A DNA stretch of 64,000 nt from an uncultured Sangeribacter sp. (GCA_964537745.1 CAZIAX010000001.1:11865-75864); one strand, 5' to 3'. Positions 1-10,893 are shown, counted from the stretch's first letter. Notes: generated by a model not told the origin, from the sequence alone. Translations and numbers: made by a program.

Positions 1-1179
1 TCCGTTCAGTTCCGCAACTATTAGCTTTCCACCATTGAACTTGGAAGTGTAAGGAGTTTCCCAATAACTTTGAGTATCAAAGACACGGAATTCCACACCA
101 TCCTTTTCTTCTTCCTTGAGTTCCGCTACAATGTAATTATAGCCTGATAGGTCGATTGGTTTGGTATATTCCCAACCTCCGAAACCCCATTGTCCACCTT
201 TGAAAGTGCCGGTCTGAGCATCGAAAGAGCCATCTGCAAAGATTTGGGGATTGAAATACTGGAAGTCGAACGTAAAGTCACCTTCGGAGGGCTCGGGTGT
301 GGGAACAAAGGGAATTTCTTCCGAATATTCCACCTTCGGATCTGAGATACCCATTGTAGCGAGCATCTCTGTAGCATAACGGCATCCAAGCACACGGTAA
401 CCGTGGGCAGTGAAATGAAGGCCATCTCCCTTTTGCGGAAGCTGGGCAGCCGAAACAGAATGAGCCATCGGGAAATCCTTGGGAACATTGCTGATTATTG
501 CATTCATGGCTCCACATACTCCTCCCATTTCCGAAGTGACGACTTCGCCTGCCAAGAGAGGGATGGAATTAGGCTCGAGATTGAGATCGGAAAGGAGGTC
601 ATTGTAGACTTTACGGACTTTGTTCCACCATTGGGGGTCGCCGGTATTGGACTCACCCTGATGCAAAAGTATACCTTTGATCACGCCAGCATTCTGAGCT
701 TTCTTAGCGCACTCTACAAGTCTCGCATAAGGAGCGTTGTCATACGCCTTCATGAAATTCTGAAACCAGTCAGCCTCGCTTGAGAGAGTAGCGGGATTGA
801 AGTCTTTGTCGAGATGCTCTATCTTGCACCCGCCGATAGCTACTGCCACAACTCCGACTTTGACATCTTCAGGCAGATTGTCGACCATGGTGCGACCAAA
901 GTAATCCATAGGGGTCAATCCGGTGTATTCCCTCACCAATGGAGGAGTAGCCACATACCACTCCCCTTTCGTGCGTTTGGGATTATTGAAGTCGACCGCA
1001 GCCATCATCTGGAAGCGTTCAGGTACATTCTGGCGGTCGATTGGCTCGATAGATGCGTTACCTTCCATATTCGACTGCCCGAGGCAGAGATAAATATGAA
1101 AGTTGGGATCTTGCGCGTCGGCACTCATTGCAGTTGCAAGAAGAGCGGAGCCTAATATTAGAGATTTCAATCCTTTCAT
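1..1179 (-). CDS. CE6-type acetylxylan esterase (SASA/SGNH domain) with C-terminal CBM-like domain; 3' end lies beyond the window
   Basis: Manual translation of the minus strand from ATG at 1179: MKGLKSLILGSALLATAMSADAQDPNFHIYLCLGQSNMEG ... KGILLHQGESN ... GDGLHF. Signal peptide plus the CE6 motifs GQSNMxG, HQGE and DxxH. The frame continues to base 1. Not in the ORF track because no stop lies inside the window. Confidence 0.9.
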   Translation of the reverse strand, partial: MKGLKSLILGSALLATAMSADAQDPNFHIYLCLGQSNMEGNASIEPIDRQNVPERFQMMAAVDFNNPKRTKGEWYVATPPLVREYTGLTPMDYFGRTMVDNLPEDVKVGVVAVAIGGCKIEHLDKDFNPATLSSEADWFQNFMKAYDNAPYARLVECAKKAQNAGVIKGILLHQGESNTGDPQWWNKVRKVYNDLLSDLNLEPNSIPLLAGEVVTSEMGGVCGAMNAIISNVPKDFPMAHSVSAAQLPQKGDGLHFTAHGYRVLGCRYATEMLATMGISDPKVEYSEEIPFVPTPEPSEGDFTFDFQYFNPQIFADGSFDAQTGTFKGGQWGFGGWEYTKPIDLSGYNYIVAELKEEEKDGVEFRVFDTQSYWETPYTSKFNGGKLIVAELNG

Positions 1180-1218
1180 GATATTAATGAAGTTTTTTTA
1201 GATTCACAAATCGATGCG

Positions 1219-1287
1219 TAAAATTACGAAATGTTCTATAAAAGCTCTTTTTGATATGTATCTTTTATGTTACGTTTCGTATCTTTT
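1219..1287 (-). promoter_or_regulatory. Putative promoter (TAATTTTA, one mismatch to TAnnTTTG) with a GTATCTTTT direct repeat at 21-bp spacing; candidate HTCS binding site
   Basis: GTATCTTTT at 1258 and 1279 with GTTACG at 1269, upstream of the CE6 gene. Confidence 0.5.
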
Positions 1288-1297
1288 CCTTGAGAAT

Positions 1298-3334
1298 CTA
1301 ACGTTTGATGATTTTTTTACCGTTTTGAATGTAAATTCCGGGTGTTGAGACTTCCGAAAGTGAGGAAGCCACACGTATACCCTGAAGGTTATAGATAGCG
1401 CCATCAGTGAAATTATCCGTAGAGATAGCTTCAACAGCAGTGGCATTTGAATCGTTGGAGGGGAAGATATTCTTCACCTTAAACTTATGGCCACCCAAAG
1501 TCCAGAACCCGACAATGTAGATATGGGAAGGATCCACTGTCCTGTTCTCGTTAGATTTCATATTCTTTAGATCTACGACAACTCTTGAACTGCCATTGAA
1601 ATCTTTAATGTATGGATCGGTCCAATAATTATCCTTATCAAACAGTCGTATTGAAAGACCGCCTCCGGGATTCTCCACTTCGCATATCAGGTAATTATAG
1701 TCGGAAAGGTCAAGGCCACTTCCATATTTCCAACCGGCAAACCCATACTGGCCTGTTGTAATCTCGCCCGTCTGCTCGTTGAATGTGCCAGTCTCCCATA
1801 TCGATGGGTTAAAGTAGCCATTAAGCAGAGGGAACGGTGTGGAGGTAAAATGCAGATTCTTCGTGTGCTGCTTTCCATCTATAGTATAGTTGAATTCGCA
1901 TGTCGCCTCACCAGGACGCATGGCAGTAAATGAACTTCCATCCCATTTCAAGACGTCAGGATGGGAAATCGACACCTCAATGTCACCGCTGATATTGAAA
2001 TCAACGCCTATCCCACGATCTGCTATCAAAGCAGCACCTTTTGAACTTCCGGTAAGTATCACCGTCTCATCCGAAGTGTGGATACCTCGTGGTGAGAAAT
2101 AAATATCCACATTCTGGACAGGTGGCATCTCCAGACCGGCATATTCCTCAAACCAATGATAGGCTGGCCACATGCAGGCATCCGGGTCATTATACATCGT
2201 ATAGCTTCCCTCCTTGCCCGCTTTTCCATCATATTTTGCAAGGAGTTCCGGGCCTGTAAAGAGCATCCAGCCTACGTTGCCCGTGCGGTCGGCAAGAAGC
2301 TTGAAGTTTGCTCCAAAACCAGCTCCGAGCATCTGGCCAGTGATACTCTTTCCCCAGGATGCCTGATATTTGGAGGGCATCCAGTCCATTTCAGTGACGA
2401 GAATCGGAGCAATCGCTGCACATGGCTCTATCTGATTTTTCCAGCCTGCTGCAAAGGCATCATATCCTCCTCCGTAGCTACCGCCAAGCTCATGGCTTGG
2501 CTCGATGGCGTCGCTGCCATACCATCCAGGGTATACGTGGATAGCATAGCCAATATTTTCTCCTTTTACAGGATATTTAGCAAAGCCGGCATACTGCGAC
2601 TGATAGGAAGTGCCTGGCACCCACAGAATATTCTTGCAGCCTTCCTCCCGCATGATGTCTACAATCTCCTGGAAGAACTGGGTAAGGGCTTTGTTGCAAG
2701 CATCTGAGCCGGAACCATACTGACCATCAGTGCCTTTGATTTGCACCGGCTCATTAGCGAGCTCAAACATTATGTAAGGATTGTCAGTGAGGCGCTTATT
2801 AGAAGCTATGTATCCCCATACAGATTTAAGATAGTTATGGTAGTTTCCACCAACCTCAATCTTTTCAGGACAGACACCCGGCGGACGCATCACCACGTAA
2901 AGGCCCTTGGAAATTGCATACTCCGCCATGGGAATGAATACAGACTCAAGATAACGCGTAAATCTCTCGAAACTGAATGCAGATATATCATTCTCTCCAG
3001 TAGTCTGAACGCCAGGAGTATTGCTCCAATAGGGATCCATGTGCATACGAAGATATGTCATCTTCCATCCGGCACGGTCCATGACACCGTCGAGAATATC
3101 CTTATTGTATTTTAGACATGCTTGAACGTCATAATTATTCCACTTCGAGCCCATTTCATTAAACCATGGGCTATACGTCTGGCCAAAGCCATGGAGGTTG
3201 ACTTTGTTGCCGTTCTCATCCATCAGCCAGCGCCCCTCCACATGAAGCTTAGGCATCGGCATACCGGGCCAAGCCAATCCCAATAAAGGGGAAAATAAAG
3301 AAAGTATAAGTAAAAAAATGCTATATCGCTTCAT
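1298..3334 (-). CDS. GH5 glycoside hydrolase (probably a GH5_21-like endoxylanase) with Ig-like and CBM-like domains and a T9SS-type C-terminal signal
   Basis: Signal peptide; FELANEP (acid/base) and ILVTEMDW (nucleophile) motifs; C-terminus AIYNLQGIRV...GIYIQNGKKIIKR; xylan PUL context. Confidence 0.85.
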   Translation of the reverse strand: MKRYSIFLLILSLFSPLLGLAWPGMPMPKLHVEGRWLMDENGNKVNLHGFGQTYSPWFNEMGSKWNNYDVQACLKYNKDILDGVMDRAGWKMTYLRMHMDPYWSNTPGVQTTGENDISAFSFERFTRYLESVFIPMAEYAISKGLYVVMRPPGVCPEKIEVGGNYHNYLKSVWGYIASNKRLTDNPYIMFELANEPVQIKGTDGQYGSGSDACNKALTQFFQEIVDIMREEGCKNILWVPGTSYQSQYAGFAKYPVKGENIGYAIHVYPGWYGSDAIEPSHELGGSYGGGYDAFAAGWKNQIEPCAAIAPILVTEMDWMPSKYQASWGKSITGQMLGAGFGANFKLLADRTGNVGWMLFTGPELLAKYDGKAGKEGSYTMYNDPDACMWPAYHWFEEYAGLEMPPVQNVDIYFSPRGIHTSDETVILTGSSKGAALIADRGIGVDFNISGDIEVSISHPDVLKWDGSSFTAMRPGEATCEFNYTIDGKQHTKNLHFTSTPFPLLNGYFNPSIWETGTFNEQTGEITTGQYGFAGWKYGSGLDLSDYNYLICEVENPGGGLSIRLFDKDNYWTDPYIKDFNGSSRVVVDLKNMKSNENRTVDPSHIYIVGFWTLGGHKFKVKNIFPSNDSNATAVEAISTDNFTDGAIYNLQGIRVASSLSEVSTPGIYIQNGKKIIKR

Positions 3335-3372
3335 AACTTAAAGTATAAAAAACCGAGTAATAAAACCCTCAC

Positions 3373-4546
<1,174 letters not shown>

Positions 4547-4577
4547 TTAAGTGATTATGGAATGTCTTTAAAGAATG

Positions 4578-4612
4578 ACGCCCCGGGGAACCGGATGGCA
4601 GCCCCGGAGCGT
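4578..4612 (-). other. GC-rich intergenic stem-loop, related to 5776-5814
   Basis: ACGCCCCGGGG...CCCCGGAGCGT; 11-bp stem whose single mismatch is a U-G pair on the minus strand; weak U-tract. Confidence 0.6.
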
Positions 4613-4639
4613 GATTTATCGGATGAAGTAAATAGTGGA

Positions 4640-5734
4640 TTATCTTACTACTTTCTTGCCATTGACGATATAGATGCCCTTTGGAAGAGCATTGAGGTCG
4701 TCAGCATTGTTGAGCACCTTTACGCCCTGAAGGTTGTAGACACCATTCGTGACAGCCTTTGCGGGAGCAATAGTCTCAACTGCTGTTGCCTTTTCAGTAT
4801 AAAGCTCAACATTAGAGATATAGAAAGTACCGATGTAGCTACCGATGCTTGCAACCCAACGGTTGGGGAGCTTGCCATCCACTTCCTTAGCCTCGCCGCT
4901 GATTATGACTTTGGTCCAATCTGATGTGATGGCAAAAGATGTACAATCGCCACAACCTACATAGCCGTCAGTGCACTGGAAACCTGAACCGACAGTTCCG
5001 TTAGGCTCACCCTTTACTTCGAATGAGAAGAAGTATTTAGTGCCCGGCACATAGTCATAGTCATAAGCGAACTGCACGCCCCAGGGATCCTTGCCTTCAG
5101 CAGTCTGGGCAAACTTGGCGGCTACGCGACCGTCGATTTCAAAGTTCTGGGTCAGAAGATCGTCACAACCCCAAGCGATGAACTGAGCGTTGCCAGGATA
5201 CATTGTAGCGATGACTTCCTTCTCAACATCTACGGGATCATCATTTCCGCCTTCACCATTATCATATGTAATCTTTACATTGGCTATGGTGTATGAGCCA
5301 ACGAACTCTCCAGACTGAAGAAGAAGATGCACACCCTCGGCTACATCAGCAGAAGCAGTTCCTCCGAAAGTAATGGTCTGCCAATCATCTTTTGCCTCAA
5401 CTTGAGCTGCACCTGTGAACACATCAGTTCCCCAAGCGCCAAATACATAGTGTAGAGGACCTGAGAATCCCTTAAGCTTTATGGATACAGTGTATTCAGT
5501 ACCTGCTGTCACTGCCATATTGTCGGCAACGATATACTGGAGGTTCCAGAAATTTTCGGTTGCAGCATCGTTTGTGATAGTCAGTCCACCGTTTTCTATT
5601 GTAGGTTCAGTACCCTGAGCCCAGAAATAATAGGCAGAGGAAGAAGCGAAGTCTGACTCAGCGAGCACGACTTCTGCAGCTGAAGCGCCGGCAGCGATGA
5701 GAGCTGCGGCAGAAAAAAGTAAAAATTTCTTCAT
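4640..5734 (-). CDS. Secreted non-catalytic tandem CBM4-like protein with T9SS-type C-terminal signal
   Basis: Signal peptide; two beta-sandwich modules (NFWNLQY..., DPWGVQF...) resembling the CBMs inserted in the adjacent GH10; C-terminus VYNLQGVKV...GIYIVNGKKVVR; no catalytic motif seen. Confidence 0.7.
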   Translation of the reverse strand: MKKFLLFSAAALIAAGASAAEVVLAESDFASSSAYYFWAQGTEPTIENGGLTITNDAATENFWNLQYIVADNMAVTAGTEYTVSIKLKGFSGPLHYVFGAWGTDVFTGAAQVEAKDDWQTITFGGTASADVAEGVHLLLQSGEFVGSYTIANVKITYDNGEGGNDDPVDVEKEVIATMYPGNAQFIAWGCDDLLTQNFEIDGRVAAKFAQTAEGKDPWGVQFAYDYDYVPGTKYFFSFEVKGEPNGTVGSGFQCTDGYVGCGDCTSFAITSDWTKVIISGEAKEVDGKLPNRWVASIGSYIGTFYISNVELYTEKATAVETIAPAKAVTNGVYNLQGVKVLNNADDLNALPKGIYIVNGKKVVR

Positions 5735-5775
5735 AAAAAGAGGGAAAAATGATTTTGGGTTATTGAAATGTATTT

Positions 5776-5814
5776 ATCCGCCCCGGAATCCGGAATCAGG
5801 ATTCCGGAGCGGAT
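5776..5814 (-). other. GC-rich intergenic stem-loop without a U-tract
   Basis: ATCCGCCCCGGAATCC-loop-GGATTCCGGAGCGGAT; 16-bp stem with one U-G pair on the minus strand. Confidence 0.65.
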
Positions 5815-5827
5815 TTAAAAGCGCTTT

Positions 5828-8035
5828 TTATTTGCCACTCAGACCATCAGCAACGCCGCCATAAGCAGGCTTACGCTGGAGGTTCAGGTTCCAGAGACCA
5901 ACTGGCTCACCACCACGCCAACCTGAATCTTCAGGAGCGTCAGTCTGACACCATTGGCATATACCGAACTGCTGAGCCTGCGGAATGATCTCGAAATATT
6001 TCTGGACAATCCACTTGTAGTGCTCACCCATCTGCTTGTGCTGCTCTATAGTTAGGTCAGCAGCCTTGACAGAATTTCCGTTGGCATCCACAAGACCCAT
6101 ATCAAGCTCAGTGATGCGGCAGAGCTTACCAGTCTTAGCCATAAGCTCAAACATCTTGACGATGTGGTCTTCCTTGCTCTTCTGAGTCTGAGGATTCTCA
6201 TAGTAGCTGATGTGCATCTGGGTGCCGATACCGTCGATGACGGTCTCACCGTCGCTCTCCCACTGCTCAATCCATGAGATTAGGCTCTTGAGCTTCTGGT
6301 TGTCGTCCCAGTCGCTCTCAAGGTTGTAGTCATTGATGAAAAGCTTAAGTTCGTCGGGGTTGCCACCGTTCTCAGCGAAATACTGACGTGCAAACTTCAC
6401 GGGCACACGAACGAAGTCATCTCCAAGATAATCCTGCCAGAAGAAGTCGTTGGGCGTGTCACCAGCATGCTGCAGATCGTAGCGCTGTCCCCAAGGACCG
6501 CCGGAAATAGCCTCGTTGACTACATCCCATGCTTTGACATAGCCGTCAGTAGCTTCCATCATGCCCTTCACCCAACGTTCCATCTCTGCTGTGAGCACTT
6601 CTTTCTTCTCTTCAGGTGTGAGTGGTAGGGTATTGGCTGATATCACCTTTTCAAAGACAACATCGTCGATATAGAATGTACCTGCTGACGCTGCCGAGCA
6701 AAGGTTGAATGCGATTGAGGAGCAACCTTCCGATCCTGCCTGATCGCTTGAAATTGATCCGTTATATTCAAAATCCTTCCAATCGGTTGTTGCATTAAGA
6801 GTACCGATAAACTGCCAGTGGTGGTAGTTGCCGGGAGCTCCATGAGCCTGAGTGTCAATGTTACGCTCGTCGGTAGCACGATAACGGAATTTCACGTGAA
6901 TCTTAGTGCCAGCCTCAAGAGGCTCATTGGATGTGATGAAGAACTGAGAATCCCATGGATCGGTAGGATTGTCATTGTACTTACATTCATACACCTTGCC
7001 AGTACCAGCGGGATCATCAACAATTCGAGCAGGGATGTCTGCATTGCCCTTCTCTCGTGCGATAAGGTTAGCACATTCTCCATTATCAGCATCACCGCCT
7101 GCCATCAGAGAGACACCTATTTCCATAGCAGGCGCCTCAAGATGGGAGATTTTGATAGACTTATACCAGATTGTACCTACGAGGTCGCCAGTCTGGAAAA
7201 GACCATGGGTTGTTCCATCAGTGGCAGAGACGAAGGTGATGGTTTTTTCCTCCCAATCTGTAGAATAGGGGATACGAATACCTGCATTGTCACCCCAATC
7301 ACCCACATTACCTTGAATGGCACCATCAGCAGTAGCTTTGACTTCAACTGTAAGCTGATATTCTACGCCTTTCTGGAGATTAACGTTATCGAAGGTAAAA
7401 TACTGAACCTCCCAGAAGTTTACAGCCGCGGGGTTTTCAATTTTCAGGCAACCGTCTTCGATAGAGAATACAGCAGGGCCATCTTCAGGCTGGTGCCAGA
7501 AGTTGTATTCACTCATAGAGGAGAAGTCAAGCTTGAAGTCAACTACTTCGTTCTTTGCATTCGGGTCCACTTCAAGTTCCTTATCGGCCAAAAGACCGTT
7601 AAGATACTTGGTGTTCTGCTGAGAATGCCAGCAAAGAGTGTGACCATAGATCTGCATGTTGACAGCCTTAGCAGCAGCGACGAAGCTACGGACTTTGTCG
7701 AAATTCATGGTGCCGTCGTCGGCTACGCATGAACCATACTTCATGGCATTGCCAGCTGTCATCATGTCGAAGTTAGAGTTGGTCAGAAGATAGACACTTC
7801 CTTGCTTGAGGTAGTCGTCGACTCCCACCCCGGTTCCAAGAGTGAAACCGGGATGAGCACTGCGGTCGATATATTCCTTAAGTGGCTTATAGTCGTTGAG
7901 GTACTCAAACTCCGCAATGGAAGCGGGTTTCTCCACGATGTAGTTGTTTGTGTCGAGATAGTCGGCACAGCTGGCAAGCATCGGAAGAAGGGCGAGTCCC
8001 AAATAATATCTATTGAATTTCATGGTGATAATCAT
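5828..8035 (-). CDS. GH10 endo-1,4-beta-xylanase lipoprotein interrupted by two CBM4-like domains (Xyn10C-type)
   Basis: LASC lipobox; GNAMK and GHTLCWHSQ before the insert; WDVVNE, LFINDYN, IDGIGTQMH and ITELD after it; ATGA overlap with the upstream gene (alternative start 8023). Confidence 0.92.
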   Translation of the reverse strand: MIITMKFNRYYLGLALLPMLASCADYLDTNNYIVEKPASIAEFEYLNDYKPLKEYIDRSAHPGFTLGTGVGVDDYLKQGSVYLLTNSNFDMMTAGNAMKYGSCVADDGTMNFDKVRSFVAAAKAVNMQIYGHTLCWHSQQNTKYLNGLLADKELEVDPNAKNEVVDFKLDFSSMSEYNFWHQPEDGPAVFSIEDGCLKIENPAAVNFWEVQYFTFDNVNLQKGVEYQLTVEVKATADGAIQGNVGDWGDNAGIRIPYSTDWEEKTITFVSATDGTTHGLFQTGDLVGTIWYKSIKISHLEAPAMEIGVSLMAGGDADNGECANLIAREKGNADIPARIVDDPAGTGKVYECKYNDNPTDPWDSQFFITSNEPLEAGTKIHVKFRYRATDERNIDTQAHGAPGNYHHWQFIGTLNATTDWKDFEYNGSISSDQAGSEGCSSIAFNLCSAASAGTFYIDDVVFEKVISANTLPLTPEEKKEVLTAEMERWVKGMMEATDGYVKAWDVVNEAISGGPWGQRYDLQHAGDTPNDFFWQDYLGDDFVRVPVKFARQYFAENGGNPDELKLFINDYNLESDWDDNQKLKSLISWIEQWESDGETVIDGIGTQMHISYYENPQTQKSKEDHIVKMFELMAKTGKLCRITELDMGLVDANGNSVKAADLTIEQHKQMGEHYKWIVQKYFEIIPQAQQFGICQWCQTDAPEDSGWRGGEPVGLWNLNLQRKPAYGGVADGLSGK

Positions 8036-9087
8036 TTATTATAAACGGGATTGAAAGAGAACTCCGGAACAATCTCGCGAGAGCGAACCACCAGAGTATC
8101 CTTTGTATTGAACTGACGGTTTCCGAAGTTAACCTGATAGTCAAGATAAATCACGTCATGTGCGCTTTCTCCACCCCAGTAGTTCTTGTCGCCACGCTTC
8201 ACGAACTTACCGCTGCCCGTCGCAGTCATGCCTTCAGTATTGGTAGAGATAGTGCAGTCGTCACCGTTGAACTTGAGTACCATATCGCAAGTGAGAGTTT
8301 TCACTGACTCACCGTCAGGAACCACAGTGGAAAGTGGGAATACTACCTCGCTCATAGACTTTGTGGAGAGACGTACCACTTCATTCTTCTCAATATATTG
8401 CTCATGGCGAACGTTGGTGCTGTTGCCGGCAACTGCATCACTCACTTGGTCGACACCGCGACGGATGTAGCTTGCATCCCAAGGATTGACAAATCTTACA
8501 CAATAGAGCACGAAGTCCTGGGGCTGTACGTCCCATGCTGAAGCGTCAGTGCGGGCTGGATTTCCTTCAGGATTGGCAGGAGTGCCAGACAGAATCTGAT
8601 CTGCTCCAGTAACTTTCAACATACGGATAGGAATCACGTAAGTGTTCTTGATAGCATCCGGATCAGCAAAGAAAGCATCACTGAAAGTCACTTCACTTCC
8701 GAAGAGATAATCTTTCTTCTTAGTGAATGTTGTAGACTCAAGAGTGTAGTAATTCTCCGGCATCACCTTGACCGGTGTTCCATCTTCGAAGGTAAGGTTG
8801 TCCACCAGTGTAGGGTCTACCATCACATCAATCTTGATGTTGTCTTTGGAGGAATACGCACCACCTTGAGTAGCCAGGATCATGCACTTATGCTGATTGT
8901 CGAGAGAGTTGTCGCCATCAGGCCATTCGCCGAGCACGAGAGGACGCCCCACATACTGATTGGCGAAAAATACAGTCACGCCGCCGTCATAGTCGGGAAA
9001 CTCATTATTGCCGTTCTTACAGGAAGCCACGGAGAGCGAGAGGAGGATGCCTAAGCCCCCGATAAGGCCGTTCTTAAAATTAGTCAT
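8032..9087 (-). CDS. SusE-positioned surface lipoprotein (DUF1735/DUF5627-like)
   Basis: VASC lipobox; MPENYYTL and YVIPIRM motifs; lies between susD and GH10. Confidence 0.75.
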   Translation of the reverse strand: MTNFKNGLIGGLGILLSLSVASCKNGNNEFPDYDGGVTVFFANQYVGRPLVLGEWPDGDNSLDNQHKCMILATQGGAYSSKDNIKIDVMVDPTLVDNLTFEDGTPVKVMPENYYTLESTTFTKKKDYLFGSEVTFSDAFFADPDAIKNTYVIPIRMLKVTGADQILSGTPANPEGNPARTDASAWDVQPQDFVLYCVRFVNPWDASYIRRGVDQVSDAVAGNSTNVRHEQYIEKNEVVRLSTKSMSEVVFPLSTVVPDGESVKTLTCDMVLKFNGDDCTISTNTEGMTATGSGKFVKRGDKNYWGGESAHDVIYLDYQVNFGNRQFNTKDTLVVRSREIVPEFSFNPVYNK

Positions 9088-9111
9088 GTCGTTTCAGTTA
9101 AATTAAATGTA

Positions 9112-10893
9112 TTACCAACCCGCATTCTGCTCGAGAGCGCTGAACTTCAGCACGTCGCTATACGGGAGAGGACCATAAATCATATATTCCTTGTAGTTGC
9201 GTGGCTCTACATCGATCTTCTTGTAGGTAGTGCCTGTGATCTCAATACCCTGTGCAGTGGCATTGAGTTCGCTGAGGTTGGAGTTCCAACGACGGAGGTC
9301 CCAGAAGCGCTTGTTTTCGAAGCAGAGCTCAAGACGACGCTCGTTGCGGATAAGCTTGCGCATCTCATCCTTGTTGCTCTTGATCGACTCGAGATATGGG
9401 TCATCGCCGATTGCATCACCCATGGCACGCTTGCGGATAGCCTTGATTACGTCGTAGGCTGAGAATCCGTAGCTGCCTCCGCTTGTCGGTCCCCAAGCCT
9501 CATTGGCAGCCTCTGCGTAAGCGAGGAAGATTTCAGTGAAGCGGATGCGGGTAGTGTAGTGATATTTCTTCACCTCGTTGGTTCCATTAGGATTCACATC
9601 GCTACGCAGGAGCTTACGCAGGTAGTAACCTGTACGGGTGGAATATTCACTTTCCTTGTTGATACCATCGTTGTTACCGGCATCTGTACCGGTGTGAATA
9701 ACGGCGTCATTTACACCAAAGGTGCTTCCGTTTACAACTACGTATGCCTCAAGACGCGGGTCACGGCCTGCATAAGGATCATTGGCATTGTATTCAGAGC
9801 GAGCATCAGTGATAGGATACCCGTTTGCCATTGGGAACGCGTCCACAAGGTTTTGGGTAGGATTAACACGACCCTTTCCGTAAAGTGTCGGAGGGAAGTT
9901 GTCTGCCTCACGATCGCAGCTTTCAGTAGCTCCGTCGCGCCAGATGACCTCAGGATGGTTGACCGATGCTGTCACGCTATTGCCGATTTCTTCAGCAGAA
10001 TACCAAAGGTGTCCTTTCTGTGGCATTCCTGCCACTCCACCGATACGCTTCAGGACGTCGCCGGCACGGTTGGCTGCCTCAGCCCAATCAACACCTGACT
10101 GATCAGCGAAAGCTGGGCTTGCTGCAAGAAGTGCAGCCTGGCTTCCTATAGCCTCGGCGATACGTCCGGAAAGACGCAATGCTGTTGTAGCGCCATTCAC
10201 TCGGTTGTAGACTGCTGCATTTACGCCTTTAGACTTGTACTTTTCAGGCACATCTGAGTCATTGATGTCTTTGTAGTCAAGAGGAAGCAGAGCTACAGCC
10301 TTATCAACGTCGTCAAGAAGTTGCGCCATACACTCTTTAAAAGAATTACGCGGCACATTAAGATCAGAGGTAGCGCTGAATGCTTCTGTCCAAATAGGCA
10401 CACCCATCAGGTCGCCAGAAGCGGTCTTACCTGCATAGTTCTGAAGGAGGTAAAGCATATTCAGCGCACGAAGGCCATAAGCCTCACCCTTCAGTCTGTC
10501 TTGGAAGAGCTCGTTGATTTCAGGAGTAGTTGAGAAAATGATGTTGTCAACACGCTCAAGGAAAAGATTGCAATACTGTATAGAAGCGTTGCGGTCGCGC
10601 CAGTTGTTGACAGAAACCCCGGTCTGTGAATTCCATGCGCCACCAGCTATCTTAAGATAGTCGTTGCTGAGCTGGTTAGACACAGCATCGTCAGTTGCCA
10701 CGTCATTCTCTGAGCTACCGGGATAAGGCATGAGAATATAAGCGCTGCCAAGGATAGCATCAGCATAGTTCGGCTCAGTGATCATCGAGTTCTCATCCTT
10801 GACGTTCTCGATGGCCGGATCGAAGAGGTCGTCGCAAGATGCGAGACCAAATACAATCGAAGCCGCAGCGAAATATTTAACTATATTTTTCAT
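9112..10893 (-). CDS. susD: SusD/RagB glycan-binding lipoprotein
   Basis: LASC lipobox, GEAYGLRA, RDPRL, IRFTEIFLAYAEA, ERRLELCFENKRFWDLRRW, QNAGW end. Confidence 0.95.
   Translation of the reverse strand: MKNIVKYFAAASIVFGLASCDDLFDPAIENVKDENSMITEPNYADAILGSAYILMPYPGSSENDVATDDAVSNQLSNDYLKIAGGAWNSQTGVSVNNWRDRNASIQYCNLFLERVDNIIFSTTPEINELFQDRLKGEAYGLRALNMLYLLQNYAGKTASGDLMGVPIWTEAFSATSDLNVPRNSFKECMAQLLDDVDKAVALLPLDYKDINDSDVPEKYKSKGVNAAVYNRVNGATTALRLSGRIAEAIGSQAALLAASPAFADQSGVDWAEAANRAGDVLKRIGGVAGMPQKGHLWYSAEEIGNSVTASVNHPEVIWRDGATESCDREADNFPPTLYGKGRVNPTQNLVDAFPMANGYPITDARSEYNANDPYAGRDPRLEAYVVVNGSTFGVNDAVIHTGTDAGNNDGINKESEYSTRTGYYLRKLLRSDVNPNGTNEVKKYHYTTRIRFTEIFLAYAEAANEAWGPTSGGSYGFSAYDVIKAIRKRAMGDAIGDDPYLESIKSNKDEMRKLIRNERRLELCFENKRFWDLRRWNSNLSELNATAQGIEITGTTYKKIDVEPRNYKEYMIYGPLPYSDVLKFSALEQNAGW

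Noticed and set aside
126-1155. Four short ORFs in the track
   Set aside because: They overlap the CE6 frame (1-1179, minus strand), which carries clear catalytic motifs
6818-7732. 304-aa plus-strand ORF
   Set aside because: Antisense shadow of GH10 with no recognisable motifs
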